IMG/VR virus record: IMGVR_UViG_3300042898_003763 | Length of the DNA: 64,000 nt | Strand: one strand, 5' to 3' | From: an uncultured virus (IMG/VR IMGVR_UViG_3300042898_003763) | Lineage: Duplodnaviria; Heunggongvirae; Uroviricota; Caudoviricetes | Shown: in pieces, positions 1-9,954 of the stretch | Numbering within the stretch: position 1 is the first letter of the stretch | Layout: the number at the start of each line of letters is the position of its first letter | The notes under the pieces: generated by a model | The model's database searches: none | What the model saw: the letters and a program-made list of their open reading frames with translations, nothing else | Told to the model about the DNA's origin: nothing | Made by a program: the position numbers and the translations under genes

Positions 1-6
1 ATAATA

Positions 7-594
7 TTAACCTGCGACTGAACCAAATATATTCAACGAATCAACCAACTGCGATGCGGGTGTACTACTAACTTCAAATGACTGATATTGGAATGCAACT
101 TGGAATGAAGATATTTGATCATTTGTACCAAAATCCAATCCAACTGCACCAATATCTGTAGGAAATACACCTAGCATTTTATATTGTTTAAGAATAGCAC
201 CGTTACGATCTAACTGCGATATAAACATATCTGTTTGATATTGCGCCGGAGTTAATGCACCAGTTTTTGTTCTTAAATTTTCCATACCGTTCATCCATTG
301 TTCTATAGCAGTCCGAAGAGTAAACCCCGAATCATTAAGTATAGTACAACTAAAAGGTGCAAATGTTCTATCACCAGCCATTGTTATTAGTCTACCCCGA
401 TAATACACCGGGGTAACACCTAATGTTTGACCAGGTAATTCTGCCGCAGTAATTAAAAATGGAGCTTTAGTTACTGCGAGTGCGCGACTTGCAACATAGT
501 TAGGAAATGTTAATTGAACCGCAAACTGGTTGGGTCTTGCCCCACCGTTCGTTAGTTCAGCTTTAAATCTATCTACATTAAATGGTATTGCCAT
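7..594 (-). CDS. gp19: Tail tube protein (T4 gp19-like)
   Basis: GGARPNQF, AAELPG, YRGR..MAGDRTF and QLDRNG motifs; follows the sheath gene. Confidence 0.95.
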   Translation of the reverse strand: MAIPFNVDRFKAELTNGGARPNQFAVQLTFPNYVASRALAVTKAPFLITAAELPGQTLGVTPVYYRGRLITMAGDRTFAPFSCTILNDSGFTLRTAIEQWMNGMENLRTKTGALTPAQYQTDMFISQLDRNGAILKQYKMLGVFPTDIGAVGLDFGTNDQISSFQVAFQYQSFEVSSTPASQLVDSLNIFGSVAG

Positions 595-609
595 TTCTTC
601 TTACTCCTA

Positions 610-3276
610 TTATGCGCCGACTTCTTCGAAGGATACGCCTGTTCTTGTAGCAATAAAATTCAATTGAATAAAATTAATTGCTCGAGCAGGTTTAATGTAT
701 ATATCAGCAACAAATTCATTGCGATCTATAACTTCTCCAGTATTGTTTGTTTCATCACAAACAACTCTGAAGTCTGTAACGCCTCTACGTCCTTGGACAT
801 CTCTTAAGAATGGCTCTACAAGATTTCTAAATTGTGCTCGCGTAAATGCGTCATTAAATTCAAACAACTGAAATTTTGATGCCGTTGCAATTGCTTTTTC
901 AAGAACAATAAACAATCTACGTACATTAATACGATCAAACGCACTTGGTCTTGCTAACAATGTTTTATCACCGAATAACAATGTACCTTGTCCTGGGAAT
1001 GTTACTACAGGATTTACGCCCTTTTTATATAATGTATCTCTATCTGCTTTAGATGGAGACCAGGCTAATTTAACAACATTCTTAATTACACCTCTGTTAT
1101 ATCCTGCAGGAGAGAACCAAGGATCAGCAATATAATCTGTTCTAGCAGATAATCCTGCAATATCGCCATTCAACGGAACATATCTATATTTATCATTGTA
1201 ACGATCATATTGATATTTCCATCCCGAATCTAACACCGCAAAAGATGAGGATGTTAAATTGTCTCTATATGTAGTTATTCTTGATGCCTGTCCTGTTGTA
1301 TTTACCACATCTGAATATGGAGGAGATGCAAATACTACGCAATCTCTTCTGCTTTCTGCAATTGCGATAACCGAATTTACTGCGGTATAAGATGTTGTTG
1401 GTCCCATCGGAATCAATCCAACGTCGTACGCCTCATCGTTCGAGAAAATTGCATAACCCGTTAAAATATTTGCAATGCTAACAGTATCTCCAGATACACC
1501 CTGTGTTAATGTATTTGTGACATTTGCTGTTAATGATCCGAAGGTCGTATCTTGAGCAACTTGGCCCCAATTGGTTCCACCTAAAGTTGTACTAGGATGA
1601 TCTAATACCCAAACATATGTTGATCTATCATTAATTACATCTTTATAGTAATTTGATGCTTGATCCGATGTCTTTGCATCTGATGCTTTAGATAAGAACG
1701 AATATTTTTCTAATACTGAATTAGGAGTACCGGTAAATGTTCCTCTGACATCAATAACAATTACATGTATTTCATCATTAGATCCACCTTTTGCAGCAAC
1801 CAACGCAGATGTGCCTGGCGCAGAATCAAACGCTGATGCATATGCCCATCCTGAGTATGTACTAGAGTCAGCTAAAGAAACTTTTATACTGTTCCCCATT
1901 GCACCAGGATATCTAGCAGCAAACATACCGTAATTTAAACCACCTGCGCTATAAGCAGAAATATATGTATCTTTGTTTTCAATTAAAGGAGAAACATAAT
2001 CTACCGTCACCGTAGCATTTGCAACTTCTGTATTTTCAGTGATTGTTACTGTTGGTGTAGCAACATAACCGCTACCCGAATTTGTAATATTTGCACCAAC
2101 AACTTGAAACCCTATTTGAGCTAATATAACTGCATTACTTGTTAAATATGGCAAATCTTGCGTAGCAGGAACAACCAATACATTTGCAACAGTATATCCA
2201 TATCCGGCATTTGTAATTGCCACATCAATAATTTCTGCCTCTAACCGCGTATTTGCCGTTGCGTCAGTTCCACCTAAAGTATTATTTCTATTAAGTGTAA
2301 CATTAGGAGCAAATGCATACCCGCCAGCGCCAGGATTTAATAATGTGATTTTATTAATATACCCATAACCTAAATTAGCAGTTAATACTGCATCAACACC
2401 GGTGTTGCCGTCTAATCTATTTACTGTTATAGTTGGCGCAGTTAAATAACCATTGCCGCTGCTAGTAATTGTATAACCCGACACTACGTTTCCTGTTATT
2501 ACAGGAACAATTGTTGCATGTTGTCCACCAGGTACAAGTGTACCACCAGATACAACAATATTCGCATCCCCGTAATTTGTACCGGCTGTAGATATTTGAA
2601 TATCTTTTAATTTAAAGTGTACATCTAAATTAGCAGATGCACTAGTAGAACCTTGATTCTGTATTACGACATTGGATAAAGTCGTATAATTATTACCAGA
2701 GTTAATTAAATTAATTGCTCCGATTTGACCTGCCCCTAATAAAGCAGTTAATATAGCGCCAGCTCCGTCTCCGTTGACAACTAATGTAGGTGCAACAGAA
2801 TAACCAAAGCCTGCAGTAGAAATGCCCGTCCCAAAAACATTGCCCGTCGAATACAATATTGGCGTTGCTGTTGCTGTCGTACCACCAAATGGCGATGTAG
2901 GTGCACTAATTGTTAGCGTGATGCTATTAACATCAGAAAATCCACGATCACTTGATGTAATATTGATAGCAGAAACAGTACCATTTGGCACCGATACCGC
3001 ATTTTGCGCTAAAGATTTATCAACAACTCTAGTTATTTGTAAATTGTTTCCATACGATAAGAAATTTGCTGCGGTAAAGAAGTATCCTGCAGTTGTATCA
3101 TTTGGGACACCAAATTGTTCTACAAGTTTTCCTTCAGAATCTACAGTTACTACTTGCTCAACAGGTCCCCATTGAAATGCGCCCGAAAATGCTCCCGCAG
3201 TAGTTGCAACCGAGGGAACAACAGTTGTTCTATCTTCTTCGGTAACTACAACGCCAGGTGAAAGCTGAAATGCCAT
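610..3276 (-). CDS. gp18: Tail sheath protein (gp18) with a large beta-repeat insertion
   Basis: N-term LSPGVVVTEED and FQWGP; C-term WFSPAG, GDKT, FDRINVRRLF, LFEFND and IKPARAINFIQLNFIATRTG. Confidence 0.97.
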   Translation of the reverse strand: MAFQLSPGVVVTEEDRTTVVPSVATTAGAFSGAFQWGPVEQVVTVDSEGKLVEQFGVPNDTTAGYFFTAANFLSYGNNLQITRVVDKSLAQNAVSVPNGTVSAINITSSDRGFSDVNSITLTISAPTSPFGGTTATATPILYSTGNVFGTGISTAGFGYSVAPTLVVNGDGAGAILTALLGAGQIGAINLINSGNNYTTLSNVVIQNQGSTSASANLDVHFKLKDIQISTAGTNYGDANIVVSGGTLVPGGQHATIVPVITGNVVSGYTITSSGNGYLTAPTITVNRLDGNTGVDAVLTANLGYGYINKITLLNPGAGGYAFAPNVTLNRNNTLGGTDATANTRLEAEIIDVAITNAGYGYTVANVLVVPATQDLPYLTSNAVILAQIGFQVVGANITNSGSGYVATPTVTITENTEVANATVTVDYVSPLIENKDTYISAYSAGGLNYGMFAARYPGAMGNSIKVSLADSSTYSGWAYASAFDSAPGTSALVAAKGGSNDEIHVIVIDVRGTFTGTPNSVLEKYSFLSKASDAKTSDQASNYYKDVINDRSTYVWVLDHPSTTLGGTNWGQVAQDTTFGSLTANVTNTLTQGVSGDTVSIANILTGYAIFSNDEAYDVGLIPMGPTTSYTAVNSVIAIAESRRDCVVFASPPYSDVVNTTGQASRITTYRDNLTSSSFAVLDSGWKYQYDRYNDKYRYVPLNGDIAGLSARTDYIADPWFSPAGYNRGVIKNVVKLAWSPSKADRDTLYKKGVNPVVTFPGQGTLLFGDKTLLARPSAFDRINVRRLFIVLEKAIATASKFQLFEFNDAFTRAQFRNLVEPFLRDVQGRRGVTDFRVVCDETNNTGEVIDRNEFVADIYIKPARAINFIQLNFIATRTGVSFEEVGA

Positions 3277-3328
3277 CTTCTTCTCCTTGATAATTTTATA
3301 GATATCTCTCTATAATTTGATTTCTATT

Positions 3329-3336
3329 TATTTATA
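3329..3336 (-). promoter_or_regulatory. T4-type late promoter TATAAATA
   Basis: Exact TATAAATA on the minus strand in the intergenic region upstream of gp18. Confidence 0.8.
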
Positions 3337-3347
3337 ATTACCAACAA

Positions 3348-5033
3348 TTAGACTTTTTCCAACCAATTTAGCACAACTTTATTCATATCTTTACCATTAC
3401 TATTCGAAAACCAAAGATCTCCATTCACATCTTCTTCCGGCACCGATCGTTCAGTAGGGCCCTCATCTATAAATCCAAACGGAGTAAGGTTTTCTTCAAT
3501 TTGTTTGAATTGCTCTTCGTACAATACTTTTCGCAGATTTGTATCTGTTAAATCTTTAAAGAAAGATTCATTTGACGCCCAAGCAAAAAGTACCAACGTC
3601 ATTACAAGATCATCATGATAACCTTCATCCGCTTTGTAAAATCCACGTATTTCAATAAAGGTTGAAATTTCTCCAATAATATCTGTATCATGTATCAAAA
3701 GTTTGTTACTTTCAACCATACTTTTGAAAGCGGTGCAGCCTAGTCTTTTTACTAATTTTGTAGTTCGTACTCCAAGTGTAGCTCCAGAACTAAATCCACC
3801 GGATAAATATTGTCCAGATTTAGAATTACTTCCTACAAAGAATACGTTTTCATATTCAAGATCAGTATACAGTGAGTCGGCGACTTGTTGCCCGTTATCG
3901 TTTATCTCAATTAAACAATATGCCTTATGGTAATCTTTAGCAACCTTATGTATAATGTTAGGATATAATAGCGGACTAATCTTATTGCTTCTATATTTTG
4001 CCACCACTGTATAGGGGTATGCTGTTATATCCATAACCGTAAAGGCGCAATGGTCTCCTCCGACGCCTCTAGAAGTATCCGCCACGAGCATATAGACGTG
4101 ATCTTCTTCCGGCTCTACAATTATATCTAATCCATCTTTACTATACACATAGGGTTTAGATGACATTCTACCTATTGTATCCGGATTAACTAATGTGTTC
4201 GATGAACCTAAGAAATTACATAATACTTCTTGGTTAAACTTAAGCTCACCTAGAATAGCCCTTTGTTCATCTGCCCATTTTTTATCTCTACCAGGAATTT
4301 CGCTATAGTGAATAAACATTGGAACAAATCCATTGAGGCCTTGTTCTGCTTCATTCCAAAATTTCCAAAAATGGTTATAACCTAATGGAGTGGAAGTTAG
4401 AAGAATTTTTGTTGTTTCACCTGCAGATACAACTGGATATACAGAAGTGAAAAAATCCTCAGCTACATTATTGGGAATAATTGCCGCTTCATCAATATAT
4501 AACCAATTAACAGATTTTCCTCGAATACCCGAAGAACTTGTAGCAGCGGTAAAAATTCTAGATCCATTTTCTAATTCAATATCGCCTTTGTTGAATGTCT
4601 TAACACCTTGTTGCATCCAGATAGGTAAACATTCATACATCAATTCATACCGATATAATACTTCTCTTGCTGCGCTAGATTTATTTGCTAGAATAGCAAC
4701 CGTTTTATTAGACTGAAATAAAGTATACCATAGAATACATGCAGCAGAAGTAATTGTTTTACCCTGTTGTCTACCTTCCATTAATATAACTTTGCGATTA
4801 TTAAGAATAAGATCAACTTTTCTTTTTTGGCATTCATACAAAGTAAAGGGAATTAATCCTTTATCTAAAGAAACAATTTTGCAATATGTTTCAATAAAAT
4901 ATATAGGATTTTGAATGCACTTCATTAATTCCGATACTTGTTCGGAAGTGTATGATATGGTGGTACCAACTTGTTTTAAATTTGGATTACCATTATAAGA
5001 AATTTTCTTACTGGTCGATGCTGATACTATCAT
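3348..5033 (-). CDS. gp17: Terminase large subunit
   Basis: YNGNPNLK, Walker A GRQQGKT, Walker B LYIDEAA, STPLG, nuclease motifs ADTSRG and HDDLVM. Confidence 0.97.
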   Translation of the reverse strand: MIVSASTSKKISYNGNPNLKQVGTTISYTSEQVSELMKCIQNPIYFIETYCKIVSLDKGLIPFTLYECQKRKVDLILNNRKVILMEGRQQGKTITSAACILWYTLFQSNKTVAILANKSSAAREVLYRYELMYECLPIWMQQGVKTFNKGDIELENGSRIFTAATSSSGIRGKSVNWLYIDEAAIIPNNVAEDFFTSVYPVVSAGETTKILLTSTPLGYNHFWKFWNEAEQGLNGFVPMFIHYSEIPGRDKKWADEQRAILGELKFNQEVLCNFLGSSNTLVNPDTIGRMSSKPYVYSKDGLDIIVEPEEDHVYMLVADTSRGVGGDHCAFTVMDITAYPYTVVAKYRSNKISPLLYPNIIHKVAKDYHKAYCLIEINDNGQQVADSLYTDLEYENVFFVGSNSKSGQYLSGGFSSGATLGVRTTKLVKRLGCTAFKSMVESNKLLIHDTDIIGEISTFIEIRGFYKADEGYHDDLVMTLVLFAWASNESFFKDLTDTNLRKVLYEEQFKQIEENLTPFGFIDEGPTERSVPEEDVNGDLWFSNSNGKDMNKVVLNWLEKV

Positions 5034-5448
5034 TTTTATTGCCCAATAATTTCATAAGTTCAGCAGTTGAACCTGCAAATACTACATTATTCTGAGTACC
5101 GATGTGCCCATGTCCTGCTGGTTTATCTTTGTCTAATTCTTTAACTTGTTTTTGCAATGCAAGCAAATCCTTAGATACATCGGATAATGTTTTAATAAAT
5201 TGCCCGGCAACTTCATAATGTCTAGGAGTTTCAGAATTTTTAGAAAGTTCTATAAGATTTTCTAAAGTGTCTCCGCCCTGTATAATAAGAGTACGAAGAG
5301 TATTTCTTGCTAATTGATAATCTTCTTCTTGATCTGTTTCCTTATTAGAATTTAAATTTGACGCAACAGGTGCCGTAGTAAGAGCATTGGTCTGTTCCAT
5401 AACTGGATCTATATCAAACAAATCGTGCAAATTCTCTAAATTTTTCAT
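5008..5448 (-). CDS. gp16: Terminase small subunit
   Basis: DYQLAR..L, PRHYEVAGQ and NNVVFAGSTAELMKLL motifs; directly upstream of gp17. Confidence 0.9.
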   Translation of the reverse strand: MKNLENLHDLFDIDPVMEQTNALTTAPVASNLNSNKETDQEEDYQLARNTLRTLIIQGGDTLENLIELSKNSETPRHYEVAGQFIKTLSDVSKDLLALQKQVKELDKDKPAGHGHIGTQNNVVFAGSTAELMKLLGNKNDSISIDQ

Positions 5449-6198
5449 TTAAAAATCTTCAAAACTTTCTACATAACCATAAGTGTCATTTACATTTGCA
5501 GTGGGGGAATCTGGTTCTACTGTAATCTTTTGTTGTTGGTTCGTCAAATCTGGAGAATTAAAGGTATTGGCAATAACCTTTTTAATTACCCCTTGTTTAT
5601 TAATAGGACCATAAAAATTAAGTTTAACCGTGAACCCAAGTGTCCACATCACAGATCGTCTGGTTACAAAATCACCTTCGTAATCATCTTCAAATCCAAT
5701 TGTATTTAATAAGATAGGAAGGTCATTTTGTATATTTAATTCTGGGATTGCCTTTAAAGTTAAATTGTAGTCCGGATTAAAGTAAGGCAATATTTGTTCA
5801 ATTATTTGCAAACCATCATCTTGATTCCTTGCATAGATATAAAGCAGCATAGATAGATTATACGGAGTAGGAGCATATTGTGTACTTGCTGTAGTACTTG
5901 AATCTAATGCTCTTGTCTGTTGTATCGGGCTAACTTTTCGGTTAGGATCATAATCTAAAGATACTAACTCAAACCCCATTCTAGGCAAAATAACCTGAAA
6001 TTGATTTGTTTCAATAGTTGGTTGTTGATTTATTCTAGCTAAAAATTTCTGTTTAGGAGAATACGATAACGGTACCCGTTGTACATTTATAGTATTACCG
6101 TTACCATCTTTTCGTTCAATGGTTATACTATTGAACATATTACCAAAAGCAACAATAGCTTTTCTAACTGTTCCCCAATAAAATCTTTGATCTAACAT
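5449..6198 (-). CDS. gp15: Tail sheath stabiliser / tail terminator
   Basis: AFGNMFN, VPLSYSPKQKF, LPRMGFE, QIIEQILPYFNP, DDYEGDF; synteny. Confidence 0.93.
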   Translation of the reverse strand: MLDQRFYWGTVRKAIVAFGNMFNSITIERKDGNGNTINVQRVPLSYSPKQKFLARINQQPTIETNQFQVILPRMGFELVSLDYDPNRKVSPIQQTRALDSSTTASTQYAPTPYNLSMLLYIYARNQDDGLQIIEQILPYFNPDYNLTLKAIPELNIQNDLPILLNTIGFEDDYEGDFVTRRSVMWTLGFTVKLNFYGPINKQGVIKKVIANTFNSPDLTNQQQKITVEPDSPTANVNDTYGYVESFEDF

Positions 6199-6939
6199 TT
6201 AAGGATCTCCAAACGGATTTCGTTCAGAAAAATCCAAAACTGCATTTTTTTCTGCTCGTATTTTTTCATTATCTGCACCAACCGTTGGCTTATTCGAAGT
6301 ATAATCCTCTAATACCATTGGAGTTAATTCAGAAGTTTCTAATAATATACTATCTCCGCTTTCGGAAATTATTTCAAAGTTATCTATACCCAAATCATAA
6401 CCAGATGCCAATTGATCTATTTCAGCAACACCGGTGTTAAATCTTTCATTAGAATATTGCATCAATTCCCCATATAGGGTGTAAACATATAATTTGCCTA
6501 CCTGATAAAATGGTACGGCATGTTCGACTTTTCGTATCTCAAAAAAACCTTTTGTCAACGGAAAATAAATTACGTCACCTTCTGCCGGTCTAGTTAATAT
6601 AGAATTACCTGTGCTACCAATTACATCTGACCAACGTTTTCTTGCGACAACAAATGTAGCCGAATCTCTAATCTCAACACCAAATTTCGTTAATAATTCG
6701 CTATCACCTTCGAACCCATTATTAGATTGTAAATACATCTCAATTGGGTAAGCGTGATCAAAAGTATTAGTTGGGTCTTCAGTTAGAACATTATCATAGT
6801 TACTAGGAGTACGTGGTATATAATAGACTTCGAATCCATAAATTTTCATCGATTCAATAATTAAATCTTCATAGATATTCTGCTCAGAGGCACGACCTAT
6901 GTTCTTACCAGATTGAAAATAATGGTTAACTGTTGCCAT
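6199..6939 (-). CDS. gp14: Neck protein gp14
   Basis: YYIPR, PIEMY, KFGVEIRD, RPAEGDVIYFP, C-terminal DFSERNPFG. Confidence 0.93.
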   Translation of the reverse strand: MATVNHYFQSGKNIGRASEQNIYEDLIIESMKIYGFEVYYIPRTPSNYDNVLTEDPTNTFDHAYPIEMYLQSNNGFEGDSELLTKFGVEIRDSATFVVARKRWSDVIGSTGNSILTRPAEGDVIYFPLTKGFFEIRKVEHAVPFYQVGKLYVYTLYGELMQYSNERFNTGVAEIDQLASGYDLGIDNFEIISESGDSILLETSELTPMVLEDYTSNKPTVGADNEKIRAEKNAVLDFSERNPFGDP

Positions 6940-6947
6940 TTTTAGTA

Positions 6948-6976
6948 TTGACTTTCTATTGACAAGGTGTTATCAT
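6948..6976 (+). promoter_or_regulatory. Sigma70-like promoter antisense to the late genes
   Basis: TTGACT-N17-TATCAT with extended -10 TGn, in the gp13/gp14 gap. Confidence 0.6.
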
Positions 6977-7025
6977 CTCTATGTACCCTATTAATAAACA
7001 CTACATTATTATATTCCATTATTAA

Positions 7026-7769
7026 TTAGCCTGTAAAAAAGTCTACAGGTAGCTGAAAACTGGATTGTATATCATCTTCAATTTGTTTGATCTCTACCAT
7101 AGCTTCATTATAAATCGTTTCACCGTTAAGCGTTACTCCGCCAGGTAATTGCATACCGGAAAACTTCTTAAGATTATCTCCCCATTGCCGTTTAATCAAA
7201 GCAGTAGTATACATTTTAAGGAATCTATCATCATACACATCCCGATATGTTTCCGGATCTAATATTCGGTAACAATCAACTAACAGATATTCGCCTACGG
7301 CGACATCAGCACTCCAATCCATATCAATAAAAAGTCTATTCATATGACGATTAAATCTGATTGGCTTTTGCCCTACAAGTAATTGGTTAATTAATTCAAT
7401 TTCTCTTTTCACAGTGTAATAGTAAATCAAATCCGTAGACATTAAACTATACAAATCGTTAATCATAATTTGATATTTTAAGCTAAAAAGATTCAATCCA
7501 TCTGATTTATTTGTAAATGGAAAAATTTCCTGCACGCCCACAACCGTATCGGGTACAGTAATATATTGATTAGTTTTATCTTCTTGCGTAATTTGATGTT
7601 TTAAATATACCCGTTCTATAGCATCATAATGATATTCACGATAAAATTGGAAGGCATCGTCAATTCTATCTTCCACTTGATCGTCATCTACGTTTATTTC
7701 AAGAACAGGTGATCCTAACCTACGTAGGCAATAGTCTCGTAGACCTTCTCTGGATGTTACTTTAGCCAT
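7026..7769 (-). CDS. gp13: Neck protein gp13
   Basis: YCLRRLGSPVLEINVDDDQ and ALIKRQWGDNLKKFSGMQLPGGVTLNG. Confidence 0.95.
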   Translation of the reverse strand: MAKVTSREGLRDYCLRRLGSPVLEINVDDDQVEDRIDDAFQFYREYHYDAIERVYLKHQITQEDKTNQYITVPDTVVGVQEIFPFTNKSDGLNLFSLKYQIMINDLYSLMSTDLIYYYTVKREIELINQLLVGQKPIRFNRHMNRLFIDMDWSADVAVGEYLLVDCYRILDPETYRDVYDDRFLKMYTTALIKRQWGDNLKKFSGMQLPGGVTLNGETIYNEAMVEIKQIEDDIQSSFQLPVDFFTG

Positions 7770-8094
7770 GTGTTACTCCCGGATTAACCGTGACAATTCC
7801 TTCTATTATTCTTAATACAATATTACCTGAAGTAGCAAGTACATCATACAAATATCTGCCTGATTTTAAATTTGCAGTAGCAGATGCAACTAAAGATACT
7901 TGAACATTGCCGTTTGCAGCATCAATAATAGCTGAGGTAAAAACTATAGAATTTGCAGCAGGATACGATCTTCGCATTTCGCTAGAAATAGTATATCCGG
8001 ATAACGAGATAGGATTTTTACTATTATCTAAATATTCTATATATTCAGTAAATGTAGCGCCCTGATCAATAATTAAATTTTTTGTTGTTGCCAT
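7762..8094 (-). CDS. Conserved virion protein of T4-like phages (Ig/BppU-like fold probable)
   Basis: LIIDQGATF, LSGYT, GRYLYDV and RIIEGIVTVNPGVT motifs; overlaps the gp13 start. Confidence 0.7.
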   Translation of the reverse strand: MATTKNLIIDQGATFTEYIEYLDNSKNPISLSGYTISSEMRRSYPAANSIVFTSAIIDAANGNVQVSLVASATANLKSGRYLYDVLATSGNIVLRIIEGIVTVNPGVTHG

Positions 8095-8095
8095 T

Positions 8096-8314
8096 TTAGT
8101 TTACAGTTGGTGCGTATTCGAAACCGTTTTTTATCATTTCTTTTCCAATAATATCTAATAGAACGTCATCAATTTGCTGATATTTGCCTTGTAATGTTAT
8201 TAACAATTTATCAGTAAGGCGTTCTATAGAACCTCGCATTTCGTAAACTTCTACCGTAACTTTAGTCACATCTTCGAAATAATTTACTGCAACATTAGTT
8301 ATATTTAAACTCAT
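8096..8314 (-). CDS. Hypothetical protein
   Basis: AGGAG RBS; tightly packed in the operon. Confidence 0.7.
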   Translation of the reverse strand: MSLNITNVAVNYFEDVTKVTVEVYEMRGSIERLTDKLLITLQGKYQQIDDVLLDIIGKEMIKNGFEYAPTVN

Positions 8315-8325
8315 AGTATTGCTCC

Positions 8326-8808
8326 TTATCTAAATCTACCATAATAGACTCTATACGCAAGATTTACAATTGCATCACCTTCTACGGTGTTATAACCTTG
8401 TCTATCGAAATTATTTTTGCATACAATTTTTAACACGCCCGATTCAACAACTGTTGTTATTATACTAGATCCTAATAATAATCCTGTACTAGGTTGTCGT
8501 ATTACACGCACAATTGTTGAACCTGTTCCGCTAACTACATATGATCCTGAATCGGAGATTCCGCCGTTAATAGTATAAAATGGCATTAAGAAATAATTTT
8601 GATCGGTGATTGTAGAATTATTTATCAATACAAATTCATCAGTTCTATTGACATATGTTGCATTAGGATCAGCGCCCAATACCGTAGGTATAGATAATAC
8701 GCCTGGGATGTTGTATATTATATGCGGCATTCTTCTATCTAAAGAAAACTTAAGATCGCCGGCACTATTAGTTATACTAAAATTATCTTTTTCTAAAGTA
8801 ATACCCAT
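8326..8808 (-). CDS. Hypothetical beta-rich virion/fibre-associated protein
   Basis: Operon packing (TAATG overlap); beta-strand-rich composition. Confidence 0.65.
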   Translation of the reverse strand: MGITLEKDNFSITNSAGDLKFSLDRRMPHIIYNIPGVLSIPTVLGADPNATYVNRTDEFVLINNSTITDQNYFLMPFYTINGGISDSGSYVVSGTGSTIVRVIRQPSTGLLLGSSIITTVVESGVLKIVCKNNFDRQGYNTVEGDAIVNLAYRVYYGRFR

Positions 8809-9953
8809 TACTGCACTCCAAGGTAAAGTAGATTCGAATTAATATTAAGTGCAGAATTAAAAAAATAATTTTTAATATTATATTTGTATGTTAATGCAGC
8901 CCCTTGACCAACCAAAGTTTCTCCTAGTGGCCAAATTATATTCGTATTTGTTAATGTAATTGCCCCTGACCGTTCATCATACAACCCGCCTTCTAATGAA
9001 TTTTCCGCACTAGCTTCTGTTATTGTTCTACCTTGGGAATATCCTATAGTTATATAATGTATAGTTGCATTATAAGTATCATACCCATATTGACTTCGTA
9101 TATCCGAATATTTGTTAAGATATGCAATTGGATCAAATGTTATTGTGCGGTCTTCACGTTCATTTGCGTAATGTATTTGCCCTGCAACAGGATCTGCTCC
9201 TAATGATAATATTAAATCCGAATAGCTTGCTATATACCTTAATGCATCTGCAGTTGAGATATAAAAAAGATTAATTGGTAATGACCCTGCAGTGTCTCCG
9301 GGCAATCCAGGTATAACATTTAAATAACTATTGGGGTTTGCAATAGATGACGTAGATATTATTTCCTCATTCCCATTTAAATTCTGTAGGAATATATTTA
9401 AATCTGTTGGGAATATTATATAAGTTCCGTCGGATTGTAATTCTGATCTATATAGTGAATTTTTACTTATTTCTATACCATATCCTAAAGTCGTAGGTTG
9501 CTCCACATAATCATATTTTCCTGCAACTTCCTGCCAATTGTAATGTATATACTGATCTAATTTTGTGATAAATCCCGAAAAAGTGTAACCGCCAATGAAG
9601 AAATCAAAAAATCCAGTTCTAACAGGGGGCTTATCTATAAGTAAAAGATTAACAAATGAGTTAACATCTAAAACACCATTTACGGAATAATTTTCTATAA
9701 ACGGACCCTTTGTTGGAATATCTTGTCCTAAATTTTCTCGAGTTTGTATATCTGAATATGTTGTCAATGAAATACCTGTTGCAGTTTCTCTATAAACTCG
9801 CAAATCGGCAGATAGTAATGTTTTTGTAAAAGAGTAACTTGCAGAATTATTAAATTGATCTATATTTTTATATAGATAACTTCTTTCTGTACTAAATACA
9901 TTTCCAAGTGTTACTAAATTTTGTGATGCGTTTAACAGGTATACGTTAGACAT
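8808..9953 (-). CDS. Hypothetical virion protein with two bacterial surface-protein-type repeats
   Basis: Repeats DALRYIASYSDL..LGAD..GQIHY and FDPIAYLNKYSDI..YGYD..ATIHY..GYSQGR; start re-called at MSNVY. Confidence 0.7.
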   Translation of the reverse strand: MSNVYLLNASQNLVTLGNVFSTERSYLYKNIDQFNNSASYSFTKTLLSADLRVYRETATGISLTTYSDIQTRENLGQDIPTKGPFIENYSVNGVLDVNSFVNLLLIDKPPVRTGFFDFFIGGYTFSGFITKLDQYIHYNWQEVAGKYDYVEQPTTLGYGIEISKNSLYRSELQSDGTYIIFPTDLNIFLQNLNGNEEIISTSSIANPNSYLNVIPGLPGDTAGSLPINLFYISTADALRYIASYSDLILSLGADPVAGQIHYANEREDRTITFDPIAYLNKYSDIRSQYGYDTYNATIHYITIGYSQGRTITEASAENSLEGGLYDERSGAITLTNTNIIWPLGETLVGQGAALTYKYNIKNYFFNSALNINSNLLYLGVQ

Positions 9954-9954
9954 A

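Noticed and set aside
3348..5033. Intein or intron in the terminase or other core genes
   Set aside because: Lengths are normal and motifs contiguous; no Hint or homing-endonuclease signatures were seen.
5008..5033. Frameshift fusion at the gp16/gp17 overlap
   Set aside because: No in-frame slippery heptamer or stimulator was seen; a short overlap with an ATG is normal for these genes.
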